From Oscillospiraceae bacterium (lineage in GTDB: Bacteria > Bacillota > Clostridia > Oscillospirales > Ruminococcaceae), in the NCBI GenBank assembly GCA_017414435.1, contig JAFQMN010000004.1, positions 10,375 to 74,374 on the forward strand: 64,000 bases of DNA. The letters run 5' to 3'. The notes under the pieces were generated by a model that was not told where the DNA came from, ran no database searches, and worked only from the letters and a program-made list of their open reading frames with translations. Positions 43,951-54,347 of this stretch are shown piece by piece; the stretch's first letter is position 1, and each line of letters begins with the position of its first letter. The position numbers and the translations under genes were made by a program.

Positions 43951-44403
43951 TTAACTCTGCTGCTCTGTTACCATCACCTTAAAATCAGCAAAAACATCTG
44001 GCATGAATTTAGCAGTTATTGTGTAACAACCATAACTCTTTAACTCTACATTCGTTGATAACTTCTTCTTATCTATTTTTAATCCTAACGCTTTAAAGAT
44101 AGCTTCAGATACATCTTTCATAGTTACAGAACCAAATAATTTACCATTGGTACCCGCTTTCATATAAATTGTAACAGTTTGATCTTTTAGTTTCTCTGCT
44201 AACTGTATTGCCTCTTTTTTTGCCTCTGCTTTTTGGTAAGCTGCTGCTTGTTTTTTACCGTTTAAATCGTTAATATTTTTTTTATCTGCAATTACCGCTA
44301 AGTTCTTTTTTAATAGAAAATTCCTTGCATATCCATCAGATACTTCTATAATCTCGCCCGCTTTGCCCGTACCTGCTATATCTTTATTTAAAATTACTTT
44401 CAT
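43951..44403 (-). CDS. rplI: 50S ribosomal protein L9
   Basis: MKVILNKDI.G.GKAGEIIEVSDGYARNFL, 150 aa, with conserved gdpP-rplI-dnaB synteny. Confidence 0.95.
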   Translation of the reverse strand: MKVILNKDIAGTGKAGEIIEVSDGYARNFLLKKNLAVIADKKNINDLNGKKQAAAYQKAEAKKEAIQLAEKLKDQTVTIYMKAGTNGKLFGSVTMKDVSEAIFKALGLKIDKKKLSTNVELKSYGCYTITAKFMPDVFADFKVMVTEQQS

Positions 44404-44418
44404 AACTTATTACTCCCT

Positions 44419-46392
44419 TTAATTTAAAGTTTTATTTAAAGCACTTTTTAGCATATAAACAACCTCTTCGCTGCTTTTGCCTTTAATTTGAGCCGCCGCC
44501 ATAATTCTGTGCCCACCACCGCCTAGTGTCTCCATAATAATCTGCACATTAACTTTACCAAAAGACCGTGCAGAAATTAAACAGCCTTCTTTGTTCTCAT
44601 AAATAACAAACGAAGCATCTACTCCTTTAATATTCATAAGACTATCTGCAGCTTTTGCAATTATTAACCTTGCTTCTATACTTTCTCCACAAGCTACACA
44701 AATAGCACAGTTATTAAAAAATACTGCTTTAGAAACAATATCATTTATTTGTTTATACTCTTCTGCTGTATTTGCAAACATTTTTCTAATTGCAATTGTG
44801 TCGGCTCCGAAATCTCTTAATAAAGCTGCAGATTGAAAAGTTCTTGTTCTGGTTTTAAACACAAAATTTTTTGTATCTAGCACCAAACCAGAAAGTAACG
44901 CCATTGCTTCTAGTTTATTCAGTTTAACCTTTTCATTTAAATATCTAATAATTTCTGTAACCATCTCAGATGCAGAAGATGCAAATGGCTCATGGTAAAA
45001 TAATAATGCATTATCTATGTGATTAACCATTTTTCTATGATGATCTATAACTACAATATTTTTAGTCATTTTTAGCAATTCAGGGTATTCCACAAGATCC
45101 ATTGTATGCAGATCAACAACAACTATTAATGTATTCTGTTTAATAAAAGAAAGTGCACCATTAAAATCTGTAATAATATCTTTATAGTCTTCATCGCTTG
45201 TAAAAGTTGTTAAAAGAGAACCTACCATATGAGTTGCTTGGTTAATTGCAATTTTAACTGGCTTGTTAAAAGATTTCGCTATCTTTGCAACACCAATTGC
45301 AGCCCCAAAACAGTCCAAATCTGCAAACTTGTGCCCCATAACAACAACAGAGCTGCTATTTTCAATTAAATTGCTAAATGCTAATGCCATAATCCTTGCT
45401 TTAACTGACGTTCTTTGATCAACATCAGCTGCCATATTACCAAAAAATGAATAGCCATCTTTGGTTTTTAAAGCCACTTGATCTCCGCCTCGACCAAGTG
45501 CCATATCTAAAGATTTATAGGCTTCTTTTAGTTTGTCTTTTAATAATCTTGTGTTTGGATTACTTATACCCATTGAAATTGTTGGTATAATATCCCTTAC
45601 TAACTTGGTATTTTTTATCTTTTCTAACGTGGAAAACTTTTCATCGCATAATTTGTCTAGTTGTTTGTTACTAAATATTGCTAAAAACTTATCTTTATCT
45701 ATCTTTTGTACAATTCCATTAATTCCTTCAAAAAAGGTTTTAACTGTGTATTCTAAAGTGCTATCAATTTTTACACGTTCTAATTCCCCTGTTTGCTGCA
45801 GTATGGCTTCATAATTATCTATAACCGCAACTGATATAATAACCTTTTCGGATTGGTATGCGTTTAATAATTTAGTATATTCTGTAATTTCTAGCATACA
45901 TAAAAACATCAGTGTTCCAGATTTCTGTTCAGTTTCTGTGTATTCTGTTGCAAGAATTAAGTACTCTTTATTATTATATTGTATTGTTACCTTTGAATTT
46001 TTGTTAAGCTTTACATCTTCGAGTTGTGGTATATATAAAGCTATATTTTCTCCCATTATATTTATATCTGCTGCCAGCTCCATTTTAAATGCAGAGTTAT
46101 ACCACAAGATAGCTTTTTTGTCATTTAAAATTACAATCGGTATTTGCAATAGATCAAACCATTGCGTTTTTGGCATATTCAAAATACTATTTTTCTGTTG
46201 CCATACAATATGTAATTCTTTTTGTTGTTTAATTATACTAAACAATACAAAAAATAATAAAAGCAATGTAATACCCCATTGCATTTTTTGGGCAATAACT
46301 TCGTTAGTAAATTTTTCAAAATACCACAAAAATGAAAAACTAACCAACAATAAAAAAAATCCAGTTTTAATCTGAAACATCTTCCCCTTCAC
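44419..46392 (-). CDS. gdpP: GdpP/YybT-like DHH-DHHA1 phosphodiesterase (c-di-AMP phosphodiesterase family)
   Basis: Two N-terminal TM helices, a PAS-like and a degenerate GGDEF-like region, DHH motifs (GHKFADLDCFGAA, VVIDHHR), and the DHHA1 motif GGGGH. Confidence 0.8.
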   Translation of the reverse strand: MKGKMFQIKTGFFLLLVSFSFLWYFEKFTNEVIAQKMQWGITLLLLFFVLFSIIKQQKELHIVWQQKNSILNMPKTQWFDLLQIPIVILNDKKAILWYNSAFKMELAADINIMGENIALYIPQLEDVKLNKNSKVTIQYNNKEYLILATEYTETEQKSGTLMFLCMLEITEYTKLLNAYQSEKVIISVAVIDNYEAILQQTGELERVKIDSTLEYTVKTFFEGINGIVQKIDKDKFLAIFSNKQLDKLCDEKFSTLEKIKNTKLVRDIIPTISMGISNPNTRLLKDKLKEAYKSLDMALGRGGDQVALKTKDGYSFFGNMAADVDQRTSVKARIMALAFSNLIENSSSVVVMGHKFADLDCFGAAIGVAKIAKSFNKPVKIAINQATHMVGSLLTTFTSDEDYKDIITDFNGALSFIKQNTLIVVVDLHTMDLVEYPELLKMTKNIVVIDHHRKMVNHIDNALLFYHEPFASSASEMVTEIIRYLNEKVKLNKLEAMALLSGLVLDTKNFVFKTRTRTFQSAALLRDFGADTIAIRKMFANTAEEYKQINDIVSKAVFFNNCAICVACGESIEARLIIAKAADSLMNIKGVDASFVIYENKEGCLISARSFGKVNVQIIMETLGGGGHRIMAAAQIKGKSSEEVVYMLKSALNKTLN

Positions 46393-46395
46393 AGA

Positions 46396-47085
46396 TTAAA
46401 CCCCCAAATCATTATAAAATTGCAAAACTTCATACCAGCAAACTTGTTTTATTGCGCTGTTTCTTTTTTTTGCACTGCACACAGAAATTACATATTCCCG
46501 ATTATCAAAGCATTCAAAAAAATATTTTTTTTCTTGCACATATAAACAAAATTTAGTTTTTATGTGGCCAGCAAACGATATTGACTTTATCTCTTTAAAA
46601 ATTCCTGTTCCTAACATTTTAGCAAAACTTTCTTTTAATGTCCAAAATTTGAAAAATAAATCTATCTTTGAATTGGCAGAGCATTGCTTAATAGCAGCGT
46701 ACTCATCCTTCAAAAAAAATCTGCTAGCAATAGATTCTACATTATTTACTACTCTTTTTTTTTCAATATCTATTCCAATATTTTGTGTGCTAATTACACA
46801 AACTAAAAATGAATCACTATGTGAAATATTAAAATTAAGCTTGCTATCCAAAAGATAAGGCTTTCCAAATTTCCCAACAAAAATCTCTTGCAAAGGTATT
46901 CCCTTTTGAGCCAAAATATATTTTAAAAACAAGTCTGCCGCTAATTTAGTATAGCTTGAGCTTAAATTCACTGTGTCAAAATAACGTTGCTTATAGTTGC
47001 TTATATATTTTTTATAACAATCTAGCGCACCCTCTTGTTGAGGTTGTAATTTTAAAAAATAAATATAATCTTCCAGAAAATGCAC
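46396..47085 (-). CDS. Sfp-type 4'-phosphopantetheinyl transferase
   Basis: FGKPYL, FNISHSDS, GIDIEK, and FWTLKESFAKMLGTG are the Sfp-type PPTase motifs. 229 aa. Confidence 0.8.
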   Translation of the reverse strand: MHFLEDYIYFLKLQPQQEGALDCYKKYISNYKQRYFDTVNLSSSYTKLAADLFLKYILAQKGIPLQEIFVGKFGKPYLLDSKLNFNISHSDSFLVCVISTQNIGIDIEKKRVVNNVESIASRFFLKDEYAAIKQCSANSKIDLFFKFWTLKESFAKMLGTGIFKEIKSISFAGHIKTKFCLYVQEKKYFFECFDNREYVISVCSAKKRNSAIKQVCWYEVLQFYNDLGV

Positions 47086-47157
47086 CCCTCAACCTTTAAA
47101 ATAGCGTTGCGGCAAACACCTTTTTTTGATGTATGCCGCTATTAGAACAACTAAACG

Positions 47158-47724
47158 TTACTGATGATATCCATCATCAGAAGTTGCTGCCTCAATTAAA
47201 CCATATGTATCATCATGCCTGCGATATATAATGTTTAGCTCATAAGTATTATCATCTTTAAAAAGATAAAATTCATGCCCTATCAAATTCATCTGTAAAA
47301 TTGCCTCTTGAGCACTCATTGGCTTTATAATAAATTTTTTATTTTTAACAATCTTAAATTCTTCTAAATCATCAATATCTTTATCGTAAGTATCGAGCAA
47401 TTCATCATAATTGTTGTCATATGCTTTAACTTTTAAGCGCTTTCCGAGTTTTGTTTTATTTTTGAACAGTTGTTTCATAATAGCAGAAAGCGCCATATCA
47501 AAAGATTCAATGAAATTAGATGTGGTTTTTTGTGCACGTAGAATAAGACTTCCTGCCTTTATTGTAAGCTCAATTGTTTCCCGCTCTTTTTCAGAAGAAG
47601 CAACAATATTTGCAACTACATTTTCTTCATAAAAAAAATTATCTAAATGATCTAATTTTTTCTGCGCTCTGTCCTTAAAAGTTTCACTTAAATGTGCTTT
47701 CCTCGTTGTTATTTTTATCTCCAT
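47158..47724 (-). CDS. hpf: Ribosome hibernation-promoting factor (long HPF)
   Basis: 188 aa. An N-terminal RaiA/S30AE domain plus the C-terminal dimerisation domain (KPMSAQEAILQMNLIGHEFYLFKD.....NIIYRRHDDTYGLIE). Confidence 0.9.
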   Translation of the reverse strand: MEIKITTRKAHLSETFKDRAQKKLDHLDNFFYEENVVANIVASSEKERETIELTIKAGSLILRAQKTTSNFIESFDMALSAIMKQLFKNKTKLGKRLKVKAYDNNYDELLDTYDKDIDDLEEFKIVKNKKFIIKPMSAQEAILQMNLIGHEFYLFKDDNTYELNIIYRRHDDTYGLIEAATSDDGYHQ

Positions 47725-47868
47725 CTTGCTTCACCATCTCCTCTAAATTTTTGTCATTAAAAAACTTAATAGAATACCAAATAATAATTTAATATTCTTA
47801 TTTTTCATTATAACATTGAACGCTCTTTTCTTCAAGTTGTTTTTATATCAAAATGTCGCGCTGCAATT

Positions 47869-49410
47869 TTAGTCATTCCTTCTCCATATTTTTGAACATA
47901 TTAATTCTTTAAAAAATAAATATTCTTCACTATTTTTAAAAGTAAAAAAGAAAATAGAACTTTGAACAACTAAAACTATTAGCGTATTATAAAATATCTT
48001 AACCCCGCCTGCTTGTGTTACCAATTTTTTACACAAGTTAACACAAATACAACAACATACAAAAGTCAACGCGTAATATAAAAGTTGCTTTTTAAAATAT
48101 ACTGCCAATTTAGTTTTAAAACCATATTTATAAAGAAGATACGGTTCCCACCAAAAACAGGTAAATAAAATACTTATTGTAGTTCCTCCCAAAATACCGG
48201 CAATGCCATAAAACTTTGCACCAAAATACGAAATAACTAAATTAATTAACGCTTCGCATATAGTAATATAACGCGCCGGCCAATAAATTCCCATATTGTC
48301 TCTTATTGTTTTTACTATTTTATGAATTCCCATAAGGTAAAAATTAAATAGAATTATCGCTACCACTATATTATTAAACACATGATTTTTAGGCATCCAA
48401 ATATTAATAATAGGTGAAAAATTTACAATTAAATTGCAAACTACCGCACTAAAAAAACAATTGCCAATAAATAAAACGTCATAAAATCTTTTTTCTAACT
48501 TTTTTATATCTCCAACAGCCGCAAGATTCCCAAAACCTGCAGCAATAGATTCACAAAATTGCCAATTTATAGTCTTAAGCGCATTAATAATAAATTTATA
48601 TGGTGCATAAATCCCCGCTATAATTAGCCCAGCAATTTTCGATATATACACGCTGTCTGTAGTATGAATTACTAAACCAAAAGCCTGATTAAGTGTGGCA
48701 CCTTTTACATTTTTTAAAATTGCCTTTTTTTCTGATTTCGTAAGATCTTCTGTTATTCTATATTTTAAAAATGGGTAAAGTTTATTAGAAACTGCAAAAG
48801 TTATAACACCTTCTATTAATGTTGCACTTAACATACAAATAGAGAATATCAAAAAGCTTTTATATATCTTAAGAAAAATCAATCTTGCTAAAAGTCCTAA
48901 AACCGTTGAAATAAAAGAGTTTAATACCACAATATATCTTCTTTGGTCATTTAAAATAAGCCATCTTCTGTGCGCAAAAAAATATGGCAAAATAGCATTG
49001 ATCAAATATAATAAATAAATGATTTTTACGTCCAAAATTACATCTGCATTATTAAGAATTAAATTCAAATGGTAAGAAAATATTATGCCAACCGCCCCAA
49101 AAAGTATTCCCATAACCCAGCATGAGTTACGCAAGAATTTAAATGCTGCTTTTAATTGTTTTTCATCTGATTCTGCAAGCGGTTTATATAAACTATAGGC
49201 AATTGCCGAAACAATTCCAAGATTATTTGCAGAAATCATTATTAAAACACTGCTAAATGTACTATCTAAGCCTAAATATATCTCTCCTAACATACTTGAG
49301 AATTCTTTTCGCATGTAAAACTCTAAAATAAAAATAATAAACTGGCATAACATAGCATAGGTTAAATTTATTATCGTTTTCTCTGTTCTCGTTCTTTCCA
49401 ATAAAATCAC
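47869..49410 (-). CDS. Polysaccharide/oligosaccharide flippase (MOP/Wzx-like superfamily)
   Basis: 513 aa with 12-14 hydrophobic segments, a topology typical of Wzx/MOP exporters. No diagnostic motif. Confidence 0.5.
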   Translation of the reverse strand: MILLERTRTEKTIINLTYAMLCQFIIFILEFYMRKEFSSMLGEIYLGLDSTFSSVLIMISANNLGIVSAIAYSLYKPLAESDEKQLKAAFKFLRNSCWVMGILFGAVGIIFSYHLNLILNNADVILDVKIIYLLYLINAILPYFFAHRRWLILNDQRRYIVVLNSFISTVLGLLARLIFLKIYKSFLIFSICMLSATLIEGVITFAVSNKLYPFLKYRITEDLTKSEKKAILKNVKGATLNQAFGLVIHTTDSVYISKIAGLIIAGIYAPYKFIINALKTINWQFCESIAAGFGNLAAVGDIKKLEKRFYDVLFIGNCFFSAVVCNLIVNFSPIINIWMPKNHVFNNIVVAIILFNFYLMGIHKIVKTIRDNMGIYWPARYITICEALINLVISYFGAKFYGIAGILGGTTISILFTCFWWEPYLLYKYGFKTKLAVYFKKQLLYYALTFVCCCICVNLCKKLVTQAGGVKIFYNTLIVLVVQSSIFFFTFKNSEEYLFFKELICSKIWRRND

Positions 49411-49466
49411 CTTCTAGTTCTACATAAATTGCAAAGATGAAAATTAATTTAAATTCCTAATATTAA

Positions 49467-51146
49467 CTAACTAATATGTGGCAAGGGGTTAACCTGAATA
49501 CCATTCTTTAGAATTTCAAAATGCAGATGATTACCAGTTGCATATCCAGTTCTCCCCATCGCAGAAATTACTTCGCCTTGTTTCACTCTCTGACCAACCC
49601 TCACAAATATCTCGGAATTATGAGCGTAACGAGTAAATAAACCGTTATCGTGCTGAATTACCACACTCTTGCCATACGTTCCTTCCCAACCTGCACTAAC
49701 AACAATGCCGCTGTCGCTTGCCAAAATTCCCGTTCCTGCCTCTGCACATATATCAATACCTCTGTGCCTGTTAGATCCGCTAAAATAACAGCTAATGTAT
49801 CCCTTATTACTTTCTACTGGCCAAATAAAATTAGCATTATCTAAAGTATCATCTGTTAAACTATAATCATAAAAATAATTGTTCCGTCGTTTTCCAATCA
49901 CCACATACTCATTTATCGGTTCTTTTATTATTTTATTTGAAACTGCCGATCTACTAACTTCTTTGTCTTGAATATATGTTACATTATAAGTAACTTCCGC
50001 TAAACCATTCTTACCTCTTTGTTTATAAAACGATGTACCATAAGGATAATTTGTACTTTCAATTTTTATGCTTTCAAATGGTACTTCTTCTTGTTCCTTT
50101 ATGGTTCGAACTACTTTAATATCCAGTAGAGGCTTTTCTACAAAAACATCTACAATATCTCCCAATGTAAATTGATTTTTCTTCTGATTCAGTTTAATAA
50201 ATTCTTGTGTTGTCATATTAAATTTTGCTGCAACTTTCTCAATTGTGTCTTCCTCTGTAATAATATATTGACTTTTAACACGTTCGCTAGAATAAAGTAT
50301 CGGTAAAATTTTTTCATCAAAATCATAAATACTCGAAATTGGATACATCCCATCTTGAACTTCTACTGAATTTTGGAAAATAACCTGCCCTTTATTTTTT
50401 ATATCCTTAGCTCTTTCTTTTTTTATTCTTACAAGTGCACCCTTAAGCTTGCTTGACTCCGTTGTTGCGCCGTAAAAATTCCCAGCAATATATACACCAC
50501 TTGCCTTTGCTATTTTATTACTCCAAATTGCAATAATATTATCAGCTAACTCTCTTTCATCTGTTAACTCACCAGAATTTATTGCACATATAGTAAATTC
50601 TGGTACAACATTCATATTTGTTTCATCTTCTAAAAGTACTATTCTTTTCCGCGCGGTTTGTTCTGCCCCCCAAAAACTAAACTCATTTTGCACATAACCC
50701 AATGTTTCGCCATTTACTTTAATCTGCAATGCCCATTCAATATTTCTTATATAATTAATTACATATATACAGCCAAATAATGAAAATATAACCAGCAGCA
50801 CTCGAAAAAATCTATAAACTTCTATTCTATGGATGTGAAATTTAAGCTTAAAAAATGCAAAAAATTCTTGAATAATAACTTTTATCTTTTCGTTCTTTAG
50901 CATATATATAAAATGTTCACTGCTTCTTTTAAGCGTTCCCAATATACTCCTTAACACTTTTAAAAAATGATAATAAGCATTTTTAACATAAATTCGTAGA
51001 TTTATAACATCGTGTCGAATATACTCCAATTTTATTCTAATATTATTTTTCATATTATGTGGTTTAATAAATCTACTATTAATTATACATAAAAAATCCC
51101 AAAAATGCTCCCCTAAAGTTATTACTCTATTTTGCAAGTTTTTCAA
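49467..51146 (-). CDS. Membrane-anchored LysM / G5 / M23 metallopeptidase
   Basis: A TM segment around residue 120, LysM-like YIITEEDTIEKVAAKFNMTTQEFIKLN, a G5-like segment, and M23 catalytic motifs HRGIDI...HDNG..TRYAH...GNHLHFEI. Confidence 0.8.
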   Translation of the reverse strand: MKNLQNRVITLGEHFWDFLCIINSRFIKPHNMKNNIRIKLEYIRHDVINLRIYVKNAYYHFLKVLRSILGTLKRSSEHFIYMLKNEKIKVIIQEFFAFFKLKFHIHRIEVYRFFRVLLVIFSLFGCIYVINYIRNIEWALQIKVNGETLGYVQNEFSFWGAEQTARKRIVLLEDETNMNVVPEFTICAINSGELTDERELADNIIAIWSNKIAKASGVYIAGNFYGATTESSKLKGALVRIKKERAKDIKNKGQVIFQNSVEVQDGMYPISSIYDFDEKILPILYSSERVKSQYIITEEDTIEKVAAKFNMTTQEFIKLNQKKNQFTLGDIVDVFVEKPLLDIKVVRTIKEQEEVPFESIKIESTNYPYGTSFYKQRGKNGLAEVTYNVTYIQDKEVSRSAVSNKIIKEPINEYVVIGKRRNNYFYDYSLTDDTLDNANFIWPVESNKGYISCYFSGSNRHRGIDICAEAGTGILASDSGIVVSAGWEGTYGKSVVIQHDNGLFTRYAHNSEIFVRVGQRVKQGEVISAMGRTGYATGNHLHFEILKNGIQVNPLPHIS

Positions 51147-51180
51147 GCTGTTTCACCTCCTTAAATTTATTATTAAAAAT

Positions 51181-52530
51181 TTAGAAAAAACTTTTTAACT
51201 CTTTTAAAGATTGTATACCCATCAACTCTATTTTAAATTCTTTAGGCTTAAATTTATTCATAGTAGTTTTTGGCAAAATGCAACGTTCAAAGCCCAACCT
51301 CTGTGCTTCTTGCACTCTTAATTTTGCGTTGGCAATACTGCGCACACCCCCTGTTAAATCTACTTCACCAAATGCAACTGTCTTTTTCATAATAGGTTTA
51401 TCCTGCACTGTAGAAAGCAATGCCAATACAATTGCTAAATCTGCCCCTGGTTCATTTAAGCGGAACCCTCCCACAACATTAACATATGCATCTAAAGAGC
51501 CAAAACTAAAACCCAATCGCTTTTCAAGCACAGCTAATAAAACACATATCCTGTTATAATCTATACCAGCTGCCGTTCTCCTTGGCATAGCAAAACTACT
51601 TTTGGTAACTAAAGCCTGAATTTCTAAAAATAACACTCTAGTTCCCTCTAATAAACAAGTTATACAAGTTCCCGGCACTGGTTCAGGATTATCGTCAAGC
51701 ATTGCAGTGGCCGGGTCATCTATCTCAACAAGGCCATCCTCTTCCATATCTAAAATAGCTACTTCACTAGTTGGTCCAAACCGATTTTTAACTGTTCGCA
51801 AAATTCTATAACTGCTACTCCGCTCTCCTTCAAGGTAAAGTACAGTATCTACAATATGTTCAAGCACTTTTGGCCCTGCAAGTGCCCCTTCTTTGTTTAC
51901 ATGCCCTACTATAAAAATCATAACATTTTGCTCTTTAGCTAACTGCATAAGCCGTACAGTTGCCTCTTTTACTTGTGATATACTAGAAGTAAAAGCGGTT
52001 TCTTTGCACTGCACAGTTTGAATTGAATCTATTACTACAAGTCCCGGAGATTTTTGCTTAACCGTTTCTTCAATTGCTTCAATATCTGTGTTAGAAAATA
52101 AAAATATATTTTCATTTGTAATCTTTAGACGATTTGCACGTAATTTAATTTGTTTAGTATTTTCTTCACCCGAAAAGTAAAAAATTGGTTCTGTTATCTT
52201 TATTTTATCACAAATCTGTAATAGCAAAGTAGACTTGCCCATGCCGGGCTCACCACAAATAAGAGTAAGCCCGCCTTCAACAAGTCCCCCACCTAAAACT
52301 CGGTTTATTTCTGCAAATCCCGAATCGAACCTTGTGCTGTCTTCGGATTCTTCATCGTTTATGCAAGACATTTGTAACACTTTTGCTGTACTATTTTTCT
52401 TTTTAGTTCTAAATTCCGCTGTTTGTTCCTGCATAGTTCCCCAAGCCCCACAGCCTGGGCACCTACCTAACCACTTTGTAGATGTTTCTTTACAGTTACT
52501 ACAAACAAACATGCTTTTTTCTTTTGTCAT
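51181..52530 (-). CDS. radA: DNA repair protein RadA/Sms
   Basis: N-terminal Zn finger CSNCKETSTKWLGRCPGCGAW, Walker A GEPGMGKSTLLLQ, KNRFG, and a Lon-like C-terminal domain. Confidence 0.95.
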   Translation of the reverse strand: MTKEKSMFVCSNCKETSTKWLGRCPGCGAWGTMQEQTAEFRTKKKNSTAKVLQMSCINDEESEDSTRFDSGFAEINRVLGGGLVEGGLTLICGEPGMGKSTLLLQICDKIKITEPIFYFSGEENTKQIKLRANRLKITNENIFLFSNTDIEAIEETVKQKSPGLVVIDSIQTVQCKETAFTSSISQVKEATVRLMQLAKEQNVMIFIVGHVNKEGALAGPKVLEHIVDTVLYLEGERSSSYRILRTVKNRFGPTSEVAILDMEEDGLVEIDDPATAMLDDNPEPVPGTCITCLLEGTRVLFLEIQALVTKSSFAMPRRTAAGIDYNRICVLLAVLEKRLGFSFGSLDAYVNVVGGFRLNEPGADLAIVLALLSTVQDKPIMKKTVAFGEVDLTGGVRSIANAKLRVQEAQRLGFERCILPKTTMNKFKPKEFKIELMGIQSLKELKSFF

Positions 52531-52550
52531 TATTTTGCCTCCGCAAATAG

Positions 52551-53078
52551 CTATTCATCTTTTTGATTTCTATAAAGTGTTTTTTTAAGCAGCACAGCTA
52601 ATAATGTGCCTCCTACTGTACATATAACAAACTGACTAATTGCAATAATGCCCGCATTTTTAAAATAAATGCTCCAAATAAAATTAAATCCATTCTGTTC
52701 TATAGTACTCTCTAACCCAATCACTATTGCATTTATAATAACAGGTGGTAATGTTGAAACCAATGGCAATCCGAAAATTTTAATATTTTTAAGTTTACGT
52801 GTTAAAACTGCACACACTAAAGTAGCCAAACTACCAATAATTACATCATAACCTGGTGTTAAGCCTTTAAATGCACCGTATATATTGCTAACTACACAGC
52901 CTAACGTTAAGCCCGGTATAGCACTAGAATCAAACACAGGTAAAATTGTTAATATTTCAGAAATTCTAAACTGAACAATCTTATAGCCTAACGGTTCTAC
53001 AAGCATTGTTAATACTGCATATAATGCTGCAATTGCTGCAGCTTTTACCATTCTTTCTGTATTTCTCTTCGAATCCAT
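52551..53078 (-). CDS. queT: QueT-like queuosine-precursor transporter (ECF S-component type)
   Basis: 175 aa with 5-6 TM segments. The opening ...AAIAALYAVLTMLV.P..Y..VQFRISE.L resembles QueT family proteins. The call is from memory of the family. Confidence 0.55.
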   Translation of the reverse strand: MDSKRNTERMVKAAAIAALYAVLTMLVEPLGYKIVQFRISEILTILPVFDSSAIPGLTLGCVVSNIYGAFKGLTPGYDVIIGSLATLVCAVLTRKLKNIKIFGLPLVSTLPPVIINAIVIGLESTIEQNGFNFIWSIYFKNAGIIAISQFVICTVGGTLLAVLLKKTLYRNQKDE

Positions 53079-53102
53079 TTAAAGCCCACCTTTAATTATT
53101 AA

Positions 53103-54329
53103 TCATTTTTTCTTTTTTTGCACTCTAGAAGGACTAAACTCTGAAATTGCAGTTTCATTAAAGTTAATATTCATTGCCTTTCCTTTAGCAGTTAAAATTT
53201 TTTCAAAAGGTGATTCGCACATATCGTGTAAAATATTTACTTTAATGTTCTCGAACTCTTGTTCATCAGTTTTTTGCTTAACAACAACAAACCATACCTT
53301 ATTAGATACACTATCAATCAAAACTGGCGTTTCAATATCTGCGCTATCTATCTTATCTATCTCTTTTTGTTTAAATGCACCTTTTAACATTGATTTTTTT
53401 CTTATAATTGTACTTGAATTTTTGATTCTGTCCCTTGCTTCTTCTGGCGTTTCTTCTTTTTCAACTTCTTTACTTTTTTCATCGGCATCTACTTTAGAAG
53501 ATTTATCTTCAATAGATTCCCTGCTCTCTTCAGCGTCCCCAACTTTATTTTCTTCTGCAGTTTTTTCTGCTTCTTTTTTTGTAGCTTCCTTTTCTTCTTT
53601 CTCTTTGGCTTTTCTTTCTTCTTCTAATGCTTTAGCTTTCTCTTCCTTCTCTTCTAGTCTCCACGCCTCTTCAAAACCATTATCTCTAACTGAATCTAAA
53701 AATTTTTGAGCCTTTTCTTTAGTTTTCTCCTTATCTTCCTCAGAACTATATCTAAATGGCCTTATAGACAATTTAAAATAATTATCATCAAAATGTTTTT
53801 TTAATTGTTCTTCCTTCGGTCTGTTTTTACCGTTTTCTCCATAATAATAGTCAAACAGCGCTTGACGTTTTTGGATATTCTCAGCATAACTCATATAAGA
53901 CTCTTTACCAATTCCGAACGCTTTAATAGCTTCTTCATTTTCTTTATAAACGTTCTCTTCTTGTTTTAAAAAATTTTTCTGTTCATCTTTTAAATTCAAC
54001 TTGAGTTCTTCAAATAATTTATCTGCTCCAACATGCATTTGCATTTCGGTTTTTGCTCTTTCAACAATTAAGTCTTCAATTAGTTTGCCATTAAAATTAA
54101 TACTATAAATATCCTCACTGTTTTGCAATAGTTCTGGGTCTGTTTGTGAAATTTCTTCAAATACCTTAGCTCTAGCCTCTTGTAAACTATACAACACATA
54201 CACTCCGGTAGGAATTGTTCCTCCAGAGTAAGTTGCTGCATATTGAGTACTGTTACTTATCTGGCATGACGAAAAAATAACCCCCAACGATAAAACTAAA
54301 CTTGCTAACACTGTCCCTTTATTTTTCAT
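53103..54329 (-). CDS. Lipoprotein with Glu/Lys-rich low-complexity segment (possibly SurA/PrsA-N-like chaperone)
   Basis: Signal peptide ending VIFSSC (lipobox-like Cys). The central segment is about 100 aa of E/K-rich sequence. I recognise no catalytic motif. Confidence 0.4.
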   Translation of the reverse strand: MKNKGTVLASLVLSLGVIFSSCQISNSTQYAATYSGGTIPTGVYVLYSLQEARAKVFEEISQTDPELLQNSEDIYSINFNGKLIEDLIVERAKTEMQMHVGADKLFEELKLNLKDEQKNFLKQEENVYKENEEAIKAFGIGKESYMSYAENIQKRQALFDYYYGENGKNRPKEEQLKKHFDDNYFKLSIRPFRYSSEEDKEKTKEKAQKFLDSVRDNGFEEAWRLEEKEEKAKALEEERKAKEKEEKEATKKEAEKTAEENKVGDAEESRESIEDKSSKVDADEKSKEVEKEETPEEARDRIKNSSTIIRKKSMLKGAFKQKEIDKIDSADIETPVLIDSVSNKVWFVVVKQKTDEQEFENIKVNILHDMCESPFEKILTAKGKAMNINFNETAISEFSPSRVQKKKK

Positions 54330-54347
54330 AATTTAATAAAACCCCTC

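Noticed and set aside
53079-53102. I looked for a preQ1 riboswitch upstream of the QueT-like gene.
   Set aside because: Only 24 nt separate it from the stop of the upstream lipoprotein gene, which leaves no room for an aptamer. If regulation exists it must be further upstream.
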